The translations under genes and the position numbers were made by a program. The notes below the pieces were generated by a model. The model did no database searches and was not told the origin of the DNA. It saw only the letters and a program-made list of their open reading frames with translations. From positions 626 through 64,625 of the forward strand of contig JAFTJD010000065.1 in the NCBI GenBank assembly GCA_017456585.1: a stretch of DNA of 64,000 bases, read 5' to 3'. This document shows, piece by piece, positions 39,916 through 48,981 of this stretch (its first letter is position 1; each line of letters opens with the position of its first letter). This DNA comes from Lachnospiraceae bacterium (lineage in GTDB: Bacteria > Bacillota > Clostridia > Lachnospirales > Lachnospiraceae).

Positions 39916-40336
39916 TATACCCTGCTCCTTCCTTCTGCCTAAAGAGTTCCGCTACTCTTGCCTGCACCTTATCAGGATTAATAATATTCCTCTTAAGAAG
40001 ATGTGTCAGGAAATATCCTGACACATTAGTTGCCTTGCAATAATCATAGAACTCTTCCTGATATGCCTTAGGAAAATCAAAATCGAATCTTCGAAGGAGT
40101 AATTTAGTTATCATATAATGTCTCACTATCGTTTTAAAATCAAGCGAATAATCAAAAACAGTATATGGTGCATTATTCTTGATTTCTTCATTATAAATAT
40201 TTATCAAATGCGCAAGTATCACCAGATTCTTATTCATCTTAGGCAAACTCGACATAAATATCTCTAAACGTTTGATATCTCCTACCTCAAGTAAGAGCGA
40301 TGCTTTTCTTTCGGCTGTTTTAAAATCCATCTTCAT
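39905..40336 (-). CDS. hypothetical helical protein, translationally coupled to the glycosyltransferase
   Basis: 143-aa ORF. Its stop overlaps the GT start by 11 nt. No recognisable motif. Confidence 0.5.
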   Translation of the reverse strand: MKMDFKTAERKASLLLEVGDIKRLEIFMSSLPKMNKNLVILAHLINIYNEEIKNNAPYTVFDYSLDFKTIVRHYMITKLLLRRFDFDFPKAYQEEFYDYCKATNVSGYFLTHLLKRNIINPDKVQARVAELFRQKEGAGYNGQ

Positions 40337-40348
40337 CCCCCCGCATTT

Positions 40349-40376
40349 ATATCGGTCATTTTAGCATATTTCTTTA
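40349..40376 (-). promoter_or_regulatory. sigma-28 (SigD/FliA)-type promoter candidate
   Basis: On the minus strand: TAAAGAAA-N12-aCCGATAT, compared with the consensus TAAA-N15-GCCGATAT. About 12 nt upstream of the 143-aa ORF. Confidence 0.4.
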
Positions 40377-40561
40377 ATTGATTATCAAATTTCGAAAACA
40401 ACTCTTTTATCATTTATTTGCATAATTTTTTCAAAGATTTTAAATCAATTTATCATGCTATAATCTTATCATGCCGTATTTGATTTCACAAGCGATTTTT
40501 GTTCTTCCGCAGAGCCACTTTCCCATTTCATAATCAATCCTTATATCATAGTTAAAGTACC

Positions 40562-41704
40562 TTAATATCCACCCTTTAGTATATAAAAATTATCCTGAAG
40601 AAGTAGCCAATTAGCCCTAAAGAGTTGCATAATCTGCCAGTATCCTGCCCCACGAAGCCGAAACTCTTTAATCAAATCAAACTTACCCTGAAGGCTTCTT
40701 ACATCTTCAAACCACACCTCATGCATAATACCGTCGTTGTCATAATTAAAATATGGCGATACTGCAAGTTCATCAAACTTTATCTCTGCACCCCTGCTAA
40801 GCGCAAGCTGTACCGCTTCCACATTGCCGATAGTACGTGCTCTTGTCATACCTCTTTTATACGGAAGCGGCCAATCGTAGCCATAATTTGGAATACCCAA
40901 ACTTATCTTCTCAGGTACTATCTCCGTCACTGCGTATTCCACTACACGTCTAACCATATTAAGCGGTGCCACAGCCATAGGCGGTCCATATGTATATCCC
41001 CATTCATAGGTCATAAGAAGCACGTGGTCGGCTATTTCACCAATCGCCTTGTAATCCTTTCCCTCATATAAAAGTCCTTTCTGCATGGCAGAGGTTTTGG
41101 GAGCAAGTGCCACAGACACCTGATATCCTGCCTCGTGCATCTTCGTCGTACATTCTCTTACAAATTCCGTAAAATAGTCCCTATCCTCAGCCTTAATAAA
41201 CTCAAAATCTATATCAAGTCCCTCATATCTTTTTGTTTCCATGACCTCCAACAACCCATTGATAAGGTTGTCTCTTACAGCCGAATTTCTTACCACAGCA
41301 GAAATAAGATTATTATTAAAATTCCCCATCATATCAAGCGGAGTAAGAGTAAGTATTGGCATCACTCTGTTTTGCAATGCCCTTTCCACCATCCATACAT
41401 CATCCAATATCGGCGGAACCAATTCCCCACTTATCGTAAATCCATAAGAAAAAACGGACAGTACCGACAGAAAGGGCAATGTATTGTCAAGCACCCATTC
41501 ACTTATAAATGGATATGCATAGCCATTACTTCTTACCTCCATTGTTCTGTTTCGCTGTCCGTTCGATATTAATAATGATTGTCCTACCGCCAACTGATAG
41601 GGATAGTTAAGTTGATTATCATATATCAAGGTATTTTGATTGACGCCATATGTGGCAGCAATTCCGTTAAGTGTATCACCCTGTTTTACAACATATATTT
41701 CCAT
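40562..41704 (-). CDS. LysM domain plus GH18-family protein (YaaH/SleL-like)
   Basis: N-terminal LysM (YVVKQGDTLNGIAATYGV). GH18 catalytic motif GLDIDFEF. Confidence 0.8.
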   Translation of the reverse strand: MEIYVVKQGDTLNGIAATYGVNQNTLIYDNQLNYPYQLAVGQSLLISNGQRNRTMEVRSNGYAYPFISEWVLDNTLPFLSVLSVFSYGFTISGELVPPILDDVWMVERALQNRVMPILTLTPLDMMGNFNNNLISAVVRNSAVRDNLINGLLEVMETKRYEGLDIDFEFIKAEDRDYFTEFVRECTTKMHEAGYQVSVALAPKTSAMQKGLLYEGKDYKAIGEIADHVLLMTYEWGYTYGPPMAVAPLNMVRRVVEYAVTEIVPEKISLGIPNYGYDWPLPYKRGMTRARTIGNVEAVQLALSRGAEIKFDELAVSPYFNYDNDGIMHEVWFEDVRSLQGKFDLIKEFRLRGAGYWQIMQLFRANWLLLQDNFYILKGGY

Positions 41705-41756
41705 AGTTTCACCTTAATCTGTTTATACATTATATTCAGGGAAATACTTTTCAATT

Positions 41757-42446
41757 CTAAAAAATTTCAGTAACAAAAGCGACTTCTTCTAACTGTTCTA
41801 TGTCATTGATTATCCTGTCATGCAGGGTCTTTTTGCCCAAATCCACCTCAATACTAAGCAATATCGCCTCTTCATTCTCTCTTCTGTCCATTTCATTTAT
41901 ATGATATCCTTGTTCACGAATGTATCTGATAAGCTTCTTGATTCCATCCTTCTCATCAAATTCTATATCCAGTTTCATAAGTCGACTGCGACGTAATTGT
42001 TTACGGCTAACCCCTGCCATAAGCTTGATTACTACCATAATGAGTGCAAATGTAAGAATAGAAGAATACAGATAGCCGGAGCCAATGGATATGCCAAGTA
42101 CCGCTGTAGTCCAAAGTGTTGCCGCAGTAGTCAAGCCTTTTATATGTCTCTTACCTGTCACCACAATCGTTCCGACACCCAAGAATCCTATTCCATTAAT
42201 AACACCTTGTGCCAATCTCATTGGATCTCCACTTCCATATACCATAACGCAATGAATGTCTATAACTTGTGCTAAAGCCGCACCGAGGCACACAAGCATA
42301 AAGGTTCTTAGTCCTGCTGCATGCTTAGTAGCACCTCGTTCCATACCAATCACTCCACCCATAACTGTGGCGAGAATCAATCGAACCGCAACCGATACTT
42401 CATTAAATTCTTCCAAATATTCAAAAAACTCTGCTATAACCCACAT
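41757..42446 (-). CDS. mgtC: MgtC/SapB-family membrane protein
   Basis: 229 aa with GMERG...AGLRT, GIGFLGAG-like GIGFLGVG, and a C-terminal ACT-like domain. GGAGG RBS. Confidence 0.85.
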   Translation of the reverse strand: MWVIAEFFEYLEEFNEVSVAVRLILATVMGGVIGMERGATKHAAGLRTFMLVCLGAALAQVIDIHCVMVYGSGDPMRLAQGVINGIGFLGVGTIVVTGKRHIKGLTTAATLWTTAVLGISIGSGYLYSSILTFALIMVVIKLMAGVSRKQLRRSRLMKLDIEFDEKDGIKKLIRYIREQGYHINEMDRRENEEAILLSIEVDLGKKTLHDRIINDIEQLEEVAFVTEIF

Positions 42447-42462
42447 AATGCATACCTCCTAA

Positions 42463-42625
42463 TCGAGTAGGCTGACTCCTACTCGCTTCTGCAAGCAGAC
42501 ACCTCGAAGCATAGCTTCTCGTTGTTCTTGCGCCTGTCAAATGAAAAGGTATGCAAGCATCCTTTCCCGGTCGGCAATTTTGCTTTCGCAAAATTATCCG
42601 ACAAGCTTTACAGGCTTTTGCTTCA
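42463..42625. repeat. second copy of the modular hairpin element (shares its core with the 13.5-kb tandem repeat)
   Basis: acacctcgaagcatagcttctcgttg at 42499-42524 matches the 46-bp unit core with 1 mismatch. Flanked by hairpins cgagtagg/cctactcg, aaaggtatgc/gcatccttt, and cggcaattttgc/gcaaaattatccg. Confidence 0.8.
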
Positions 42626-42662
42626 AAAAGGAGCATCGCCCCACAAGTTGATTCGATGCTCC
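42625..42662 (-). terminator. intrinsic terminator of the MCP gene
   Basis: On the minus strand: GGAGCAUCG (15-nt loop) CGAUGCUCC followed by UUUUUG. Confidence 0.75.
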
Positions 42663-42693
42663 ATTCTATGTATTGCAATATAAAAATTATTCC

Positions 42694-44106
42694 TTAAACT
42701 TTCTCAAACTTTCTAACTTCTCCCTGAAGTTCTTCTGATATCTTCTCTGAATCTTCTGTCGCATCCTGAATCTGTGACATTGCATCAACAAGAACCGATA
42801 CATCTTCAGCAACACTTGAAACAGCCTTTGCACTATCGCCTACTGTCAATGATACATCGACGATACCGGAATTCATATTCTGCATTGTCTCATTAATAAC
42901 TGATGCCTGTTCTGCGAATTCTCCAAGAATACGGCTCATAGTATCTGCATCTTCTTCATACTGATTAACTATACCAACGAATGAATCATAGTCATTAATA
43001 ACATCTTTCTCAACGAAAGATAACATCTGGCGCGCATTATCCGCAAGCTTGGTAACTGCATCCATTACAATACTACTGATGTTACGAATATCATTAGCTG
43101 TCTTACTACTATTCTCTGCCAATACTCTAATCTCTTCAGCTACTACTGCGAATCCTCTTCCGACTTCACCTGCACGTGCAGCCTCGATAGATGCATTCAA
43201 CGCCAACAAGTTAGTCTGGCTTGCTATACCAAGGATATTGCCTGTAAGCTCATTAATCTTATCAACATTCTTACTCTCTTCAACAGCTGTCTCTAACTCT
43301 GTAGTAATACTCTGAAGAACCTCTACTGCGTTGTTCTTGCTTTCCATTGTAGCTTTCTGCTTATCAAGTGCACGAACCTTAATAGCTTCAACTGTTTCAT
43401 TACCGCTGCTAGCACTTACATTCATGCCCTTAACTCTTTCAAGAATATCACCGCTTCCGGTAGCAATCATCTCTAAAGTAGCACTAACTTCTTCCATACT
43501 TGCTGCCAACTCTTCCATAGCAGATGAAACATTAAGAGCACTCTTGTTAGATTCACCAACCTGGTCTGTTACTGCATGCGATGAGTTAAGCATTCTCTCT
43601 GACTGTACCTGCATGTTCTGGATAAGTCCCTGAAGATTAGCTATAAAGCCGTTAATACCTTCTGCCAACTGTCCTATCTCATCCTTAGACTTTATCTCGA
43701 TTCTCTGTGTCAAATCACCCTTCTCATTCTGGATCTTATCAACTATCTGATTAAGCTGCGTGCTGGCATTACGCGCCGGTTTGGCAATAGAAACATTAAC
43801 GATAAAGATAGAAACCACCAAAAAGATTGCACCAACCGCAATCAATATGTAATCAAATGACATGGTACCTTCAATTCTTACCATACTATGTTCAAGATCA
43901 TATTCCAAATCCTGCTCCAACTGTTCTAATCCCTGCAAGTCATTGGAATGTACCATCTCTTCGTACTTATGTACATAATCAGCTATATCACCATTAAAAA
44001 CCTTCATTGCCTTCCAAGCTGACATATCCAATACAACTGCAATAAGTAAAAACAATCCCATTATTGCTACCAAAACGATAGCTTTCATTCCTACACTCTT
44101 CCTCAT
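42694..44106 (-). CDS. methyl-accepting chemotaxis protein (2 TM, HAMP)
   Basis: 470 aa with a HAMP region and [33 protein letters not shown]. Confidence 0.9.
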   Translation of the reverse strand: MRKSVGMKAIVLVAIMGLFLLIAVVLDMSAWKAMKVFNGDIADYVHKYEEMVHSNDLQGLEQLEQDLEYDLEHSMVRIEGTMSFDYILIAVGAIFLVVSIFIVNVSIAKPARNASTQLNQIVDKIQNEKGDLTQRIEIKSKDEIGQLAEGINGFIANLQGLIQNMQVQSERMLNSSHAVTDQVGESNKSALNVSSAMEELAASMEEVSATLEMIATGSGDILERVKGMNVSASSGNETVEAIKVRALDKQKATMESKNNAVEVLQSITTELETAVEESKNVDKINELTGNILGIASQTNLLALNASIEAARAGEVGRGFAVVAEEIRVLAENSSKTANDIRNISSIVMDAVTKLADNARQMLSFVEKDVINDYDSFVGIVNQYEEDADTMSRILGEFAEQASVINETMQNMNSGIVDVSLTVGDSAKAVSSVAEDVSVLVDAMSQIQDATEDSEKISEELQGEVRKFEKV

Positions 44107-44254
44107 ATCTCTTTCCTTACCTTTCTTTAGAATTAAAAACAGTACTACACTACTTATATAAATGATTACACCAAATCAGTTACCTTTATGATATTGTACC
44201 ACAATACAGCTAATAAATCAATTACTTAGTACACAATTTTCGCACAATTTTTAA

Positions 44255-44287
44255 TTAAAAAGAAAAAGGGCTCGAATCAAGCCCTTT
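44255..44287 (-). terminator. intrinsic terminator downstream of lgt
   Basis: aaagggct / agcccttt stem with a 7-nt loop. U-rich tail on the minus strand (UUUUUCUUUUU). Confidence 0.7.
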
Positions 44288-44330
44288 TAATGCCACTTCT
44301 ACTTTTGTCAATAATATTGTATTACTTTTC

Positions 44331-45128
44331 TTACGCTAGATTTTTGCTAAACTTCCCCGATACCAAGGCAATTCCTATCGGCAACAGTATAACACTTATA
44401 ATCTGAGATGTAGATACTCCGCCCACATTTCCTCTTGCAGCATCACCTCTTAGCATTTCAAGCAAAAATCGTGCTACTGTATAATACAATATATATATCC
44501 CCATAAGCTGCCCTGATTTTAGCTTAACTTTTTTCATAAGTACAAAAAGCACTCCGGCAACGGCAAAGTTAAGTCCTGCCTCAATAAGTTGCACCGGAAT
44601 TCGCGGCACATCATCAAGTACCGGAATAAGCTTATTTGCCGGAAACTGCACACATCCAAAGCCATGGTATTCTTTACCATAACAACATCCGGCCATAAAA
44701 CAGCCTATTCTTCCTATCCCATGTACAAAAGGTATAAGCGGCGCAAATATATCTGTAAGCGTATGAAATGGCATCTTATATTGCCTACAGTAAATATATG
44801 CTCCAAGCAAAGCTCCTATAAGACCGCCATAAAAAACAAGGCCTCCAAAAGAATAATTAAAGGCTCCCATAGGCTCATTCTTCCAATATTCTATATAAAC
44901 ATCAAACTTAGCAACAATTGCCGGCAACTTGGATATAAAATACATGAGCTTAGCCCCTAGAAATATACCAATTCCGGCATACAAAGATACATATAAAATA
45001 TCAGCCTTAGGATAATTATAACGTTCCGCTATCCTTCTCGCCATAATAATCATAATTGCAAACCCCAGCATAAACAACGCCGTATAAACAGGGATACGTA
45101 CAACTCCAATTTCAATTACAGGAAACAT
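44331..45128 (-). CDS. lgt: prolipoprotein diacylglyceryl transferase
   Basis: 265 aa, polytopic, with Lgt motifs (YGLLIALG-like, GRIGCFMAGCCYG, PVQLIE). Confidence 0.9.
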   Translation of the reverse strand: MFPVIEIGVVRIPVYTALFMLGFAIMIIMARRIAERYNYPKADILYVSLYAGIGIFLGAKLMYFISKLPAIVAKFDVYIEYWKNEPMGAFNYSFGGLVFYGGLIGALLGAYIYCRQYKMPFHTLTDIFAPLIPFVHGIGRIGCFMAGCCYGKEYHGFGCVQFPANKLIPVLDDVPRIPVQLIEAGLNFAVAGVLFVLMKKVKLKSGQLMGIYILYYTVARFLLEMLRGDAARGNVGGVSTSQIISVILLPIGIALVSGKFSKNLA

Positions 45129-45254
45129 ATCCTCTCCCTCTCTATCACATAGACATTTGCAAAACCATACCGCAAATGCCTACTATTATCACAATGAAGC
45201 TGTCGCATAAGCAACAGCTTCATCAGTTAATCAATTATATACTTCTGCTATAGT

Positions 45255-45644
45255 CTACCAACCATAAATTTCGTTGTAAGCTTCATCCATGATGTCATCC
45301 CACTCGTCTTCCAACTCATCTTCAACATCATCAACAAGACACATACTGCCGCCGATACAACCGTAGCTTCCGTAACCTTCTGAAGCAGCACCACAGATTG
45401 CACATGAAACAGTGAAAAGTGCGCCAAATACTAAGCCGATAATGCCACATGCAAGTCCTGCTGTTCCTTTAGCACCATCTGTTTCTTTCTTAGCCGCAAT
45501 ACCGAATACAATGCCAAGGATACCTAATACTACAGCAATTAATCCACCGATAATACCGAAAGTAATTCCTCCGATAACACCAACGCAGATACTTACTATA
45601 CCGCATGCTGTTGCGATAGCTGATTTTGTGCTTTTCATTTTCAT
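45255..45644 (-). CDS. small Gly-rich membrane protein with acidic C-terminal tail
   Basis: 129 aa, ~3 TM helices rich in G/I/V, and a DDVEDELEDEWDDIMDE tail. Confidence 0.55.
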   Translation of the reverse strand: MKMKSTKSAIATACGIVSICVGVIGGITFGIIGGLIAVVLGILGIVFGIAAKKETDGAKGTAGLACGIIGLVFGALFTVSCAICGAASEGYGSYGCIGGSMCLVDDVEDELEDEWDDIMDEAYNEIYGW

Positions 45645-45734
45645 TCCTCCTAATGTAATATAATAAACACAATAATTATACTATCCGCATCCGAGAAACG
45701 CAAGCATTTTAGTCTATTTTATTCTTATATCCCC

Positions 45735-48083
45735 TTACTCCACTATGAGAACTCTTGGCGTAACCTTCTTAATTTTTCGCGACACAGTATAAGCGCTTAC
45801 ATAATATATAAGACTCATAAATAAGATAGGAAGTACAGCTGCTGATATATGCAGACTTGCTGTAAAATTAGCCATTCCAAACATTTCAAATATACTTCCG
45901 ATTACTAAATCAGAGAATATAAGTGTGAGTATTATTCCCACAACCGCGCCAAAAACTGCTACAAATACGAAGCGTAATGCGAACTGTCTCCTTAATCTTG
46001 CAGACGTATAACCTATAGACTTAAATATCCCATAGTCGCGCTTTTCTTTACTAAAAAGTTTACTGCAAACCATAATTACAGTTACCATAACAAATACTGC
46101 AGCAATAACGTATACAAGAACAGCTATTCCGTTTATCGCCATAATGATAACATCCATTCCATCGAATGCATCATACTCCGACACCCCTGCTTCTGCCTCA
46201 TCATATTTCGCAGATATCGAAGCAGCTATGTCACCTATAACAGATGTATCTTCAAGGATATAGCAATAGGCATTTACCTTATATTCATCAACAAGTTTCT
46301 TAAAGCCGCCCTCTGTTATGGTGATATTTTTCCCCAGGTCATTAGACAACTGATAAAAGCCTGACACAATGAACTCTTCAGAATGATTACCTAATTTTAT
46401 CTCAACACTGTCTCCGATTCCGATACCAAAATTCTCTGCAACATACTCAGTTATAAGCACCTCATTATCATACAGGCAGGTTCTGCCTTCATAGACATTG
46501 TTAATTCTATCAGGCGAATCGATTACTCCACACCATATCTGTATGTCATTCATAAGAACATATCTTGAACCGAACATCAATCGCTCTGCTTCTGTATGCT
46601 CTTTTATTATACTATCTATATCCTGTAGTTGTTCATTAGTATTAGCATATACCCTAATATCATAATTAACTAACGAAAACATCTTCTCAAGGTTCTCGCC
46701 GCCATTACCAAACCACATACACATATTGCTAATCATAGCCATGAACATAACCAATATAGCATTGACTATAATAGCACTCACATATTGCTTCTTACCTGTA
46801 ATAAACTGTCTGTATGCAAGTGAAAATCCTAAGCACTTCTTCGAAATCGGTAATTTGAAAATGCTTGAAAAATGCACATCTTTCTTATTATCCCTTATAG
46901 CCATAACCGGTGTTATTCTTGAAACTTTTCCAAGCTTTAATCTTATGAAAAGTGCAAGCACAACAAATATCGCAAGCAATGACAATCCACCCATTACAAG
47001 CTGTGGTGTATTATCCACTACTATTCCAATAGCAGGTCTTATAAGCTTATTAACTATTCCTATAAGAGGAAATGCCGCTATCATACCAATTAACGCTCCT
47101 ATGAACGCCATAATAAGATATCCGAGCATAATTGTATTCTTAAGTCTGCCATCAGATACTCCGACCGCCTTTAATATACCAATATTAGCATAATCGTGTT
47201 CTATACTGTTACTAATATTATGGCTAAGTACGATTAATGTCGCAACTACAAGCATAGCAACGAAGCCTATAAGTATTCCCGAGAATATATCCGTAAGCAT
47301 CGTCATATATCCATACGCCTGACTTCTTGACAAAGCAAACCATGAGTATGCCGAAAAAGATGTTTTTCTGTTAAGTTCAGCTTCAAACTCAACATCATTC
47401 ATAGTACTTGAGCTTTTTCTAAAAATACTTAAGACAGTAGTTGTGTGCTTTGACTCAGATTCTTCTACTATCTTAACAATATCCATTTCATTCATAAGTA
47501 CTGTCTTCATTCCAACAAGCGAGCTTCCCATATATGGATCTTCCATATATGAGATAATCTTATACTCATACTCTTTTCCATCATAGACAAGAGTAATTAC
47601 ATCTCCTATCTTACAGTTAAATAGTGTTCTAAATGATATAGGAACACTTATTTCACCGGGATTAATAACCGGTTGCTCAATCAGCTTATCTTTCTCATCA
47701 TAAATATTATAATGTACATATTCTGACTTATAATCAAGTACCATCACGCTATTACTGCTTGATTGGCCATTAAGATCAACTATGTCCATGAACACCGATG
47801 GAACCTTATCTACCCGTTCCACATCATCACAAGATTCAAGTCCTGCTACAATTTCATCACAAAACGCATCATAATCCGCCACCTTTACAGCTTTGATAGC
47901 TGTAAAAATATGTCCGAAGCCTGCCTTTTCTATAAGCTCCTTATCGCGTCCTGAAGTATTAAGCATTATACTTAATACTCCAACAAGCGAAAACGAAACC
48001 ACAAACATCAAGATTGCAACACTTATATATGAGCCCTTATTCTTTCTTAAGTTCCCCTTAATAATTGTAAAAGCCTGTCTCAT
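45735..48083 (-). CDS. FtsX-family ABC transporter permease (BceB-like, 10 TM with large extracellular domain)
   Basis: 782 aa from ATG 48083 (GGGGTGAG RBS). Two FtsX modules. Confidence 0.85.
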   Translation of the reverse strand: MRQAFTIIKGNLRKNKGSYISVAILMFVVSFSLVGVLSIMLNTSGRDKELIEKAGFGHIFTAIKAVKVADYDAFCDEIVAGLESCDDVERVDKVPSVFMDIVDLNGQSSSNSVMVLDYKSEYVHYNIYDEKDKLIEQPVINPGEISVPISFRTLFNCKIGDVITLVYDGKEYEYKIISYMEDPYMGSSLVGMKTVLMNEMDIVKIVEESESKHTTTVLSIFRKSSSTMNDVEFEAELNRKTSFSAYSWFALSRSQAYGYMTMLTDIFSGILIGFVAMLVVATLIVLSHNISNSIEHDYANIGILKAVGVSDGRLKNTIMLGYLIMAFIGALIGMIAAFPLIGIVNKLIRPAIGIVVDNTPQLVMGGLSLLAIFVVLALFIRLKLGKVSRITPVMAIRDNKKDVHFSSIFKLPISKKCLGFSLAYRQFITGKKQYVSAIIVNAILVMFMAMISNMCMWFGNGGENLEKMFSLVNYDIRVYANTNEQLQDIDSIIKEHTEAERLMFGSRYVLMNDIQIWCGVIDSPDRINNVYEGRTCLYDNEVLITEYVAENFGIGIGDSVEIKLGNHSEEFIVSGFYQLSNDLGKNITITEGGFKKLVDEYKVNAYCYILEDTSVIGDIAASISAKYDEAEAGVSEYDAFDGMDVIIMAINGIAVLVYVIAAVFVMVTVIMVCSKLFSKEKRDYGIFKSIGYTSARLRRQFALRFVFVAVFGAVVGIILTLIFSDLVIGSIFEMFGMANFTASLHISAAVLPILFMSLIYYVSAYTVSRKIKKVTPRVLIVE

Positions 48084-48096
48084 GTTCTCACCCCGC

Positions 48097-48858
48097 TTAC
48101 CAATGCATAGCTGAGAGCCATGAATTAACCTGTATTTCACGCTCTTTCACATTCTTCTCATCATATGGCGGCAATTCCATCTCCCCGCAGATTTTGCCAT
48201 CCTCAAGATAGATAAGTCTGTTACCTCTAAGTGCCGCTCTTACATCATGAGTAACCATCAATATACTTTGCCCGTTATTATTAATATCGCTCAACAGACT
48301 AAGCACCTCTTCCGTGTTCTTTCTGTTAAGTGCTCCTGTCGGCTCATCTGCAAAAAGAAGTCCCGGTTCATTTATAACCGCTCTTGCAATAGCTGCTCTC
48401 TGTGCCTCTCCCCCTGACACCTGAGACGGCAATCTATCCTTTGCATCCACGATATTCATCTTAACCATTAACTCCATTGCTCTTTGTTTTACTTCTTTTG
48501 CTGACTTATCCTTATCCGTATATCCCGGAACAAGCACATTCTCAAGAAGTGACAGGTTACTCACAAGATGTACCTGCTGAAATACAAAACCGAATTCTTT
48601 CGCGCGAAACTGTGCAAGCTCCTTCTCCGCAAGTCCCGTTATCTCCTTATCCATATAACAGACCTTACCTGATGTTGGTGCGTCCATAGCGCTAAGGCTA
48701 TACAAAAGTGTTGATTTACCTGAGCCCGAAGACCCCATAATCACCGTAAAATCGCCCTCATAAAGACTAAGCTCAAGATTATCAAGCACATGATTCTGAT
48801 AGCCATCATTCGCGAAGCTCTTGCAGAGTTTTTCTGCCTTAAGAATTACCTTTTTCAT
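48097..48858 (-). CDS. ABC transporter ATP-binding protein (BceA/MacB type)
   Basis: Walker A GSSGSGKST, signature SGGEAQR, Walker B LLFADEP. Start at ATG 48858 after GAGGGAG. Confidence 0.9.
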   Translation of the reverse strand: MKKVILKAEKLCKSFANDGYQNHVLDNLELSLYEGDFTVIMGSSGSGKSTLLYSLSAMDAPTSGKVCYMDKEITGLAEKELAQFRAKEFGFVFQQVHLVSNLSLLENVLVPGYTDKDKSAKEVKQRAMELMVKMNIVDAKDRLPSQVSGGEAQRAAIARAVINEPGLLFADEPTGALNRKNTEEVLSLLSDINNNGQSILMVTHDVRAALRGNRLIYLEDGKICGEMELPPYDEKNVKEREIQVNSWLSAMHW

Positions 48859-48981
48859 TATTTTCTCCCTCTTTCTATGAATCCGATACACTTATTACTC
48901 ATCTCGCTGCCACAGCAACAATCGACGTTTGTGGTTCATGTACTAATATTACTACAGAAAATATTAAGAAATCCTTAAGGA

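Noticed and set aside
42447-42625. M-box (Mg2+) riboswitch upstream of mgtC
   Set aside because: No M-box conserved core recognised. The region is occupied by the repeat/hairpin element.
42421-42678. Track ORF of 85 aa on the minus strand upstream of mgtC
   Set aside because: It reads through the MCP terminator and the repeat/hairpin element and overlaps the mgtC start. It has Arg/Cys-rich junk composition and no RBS.
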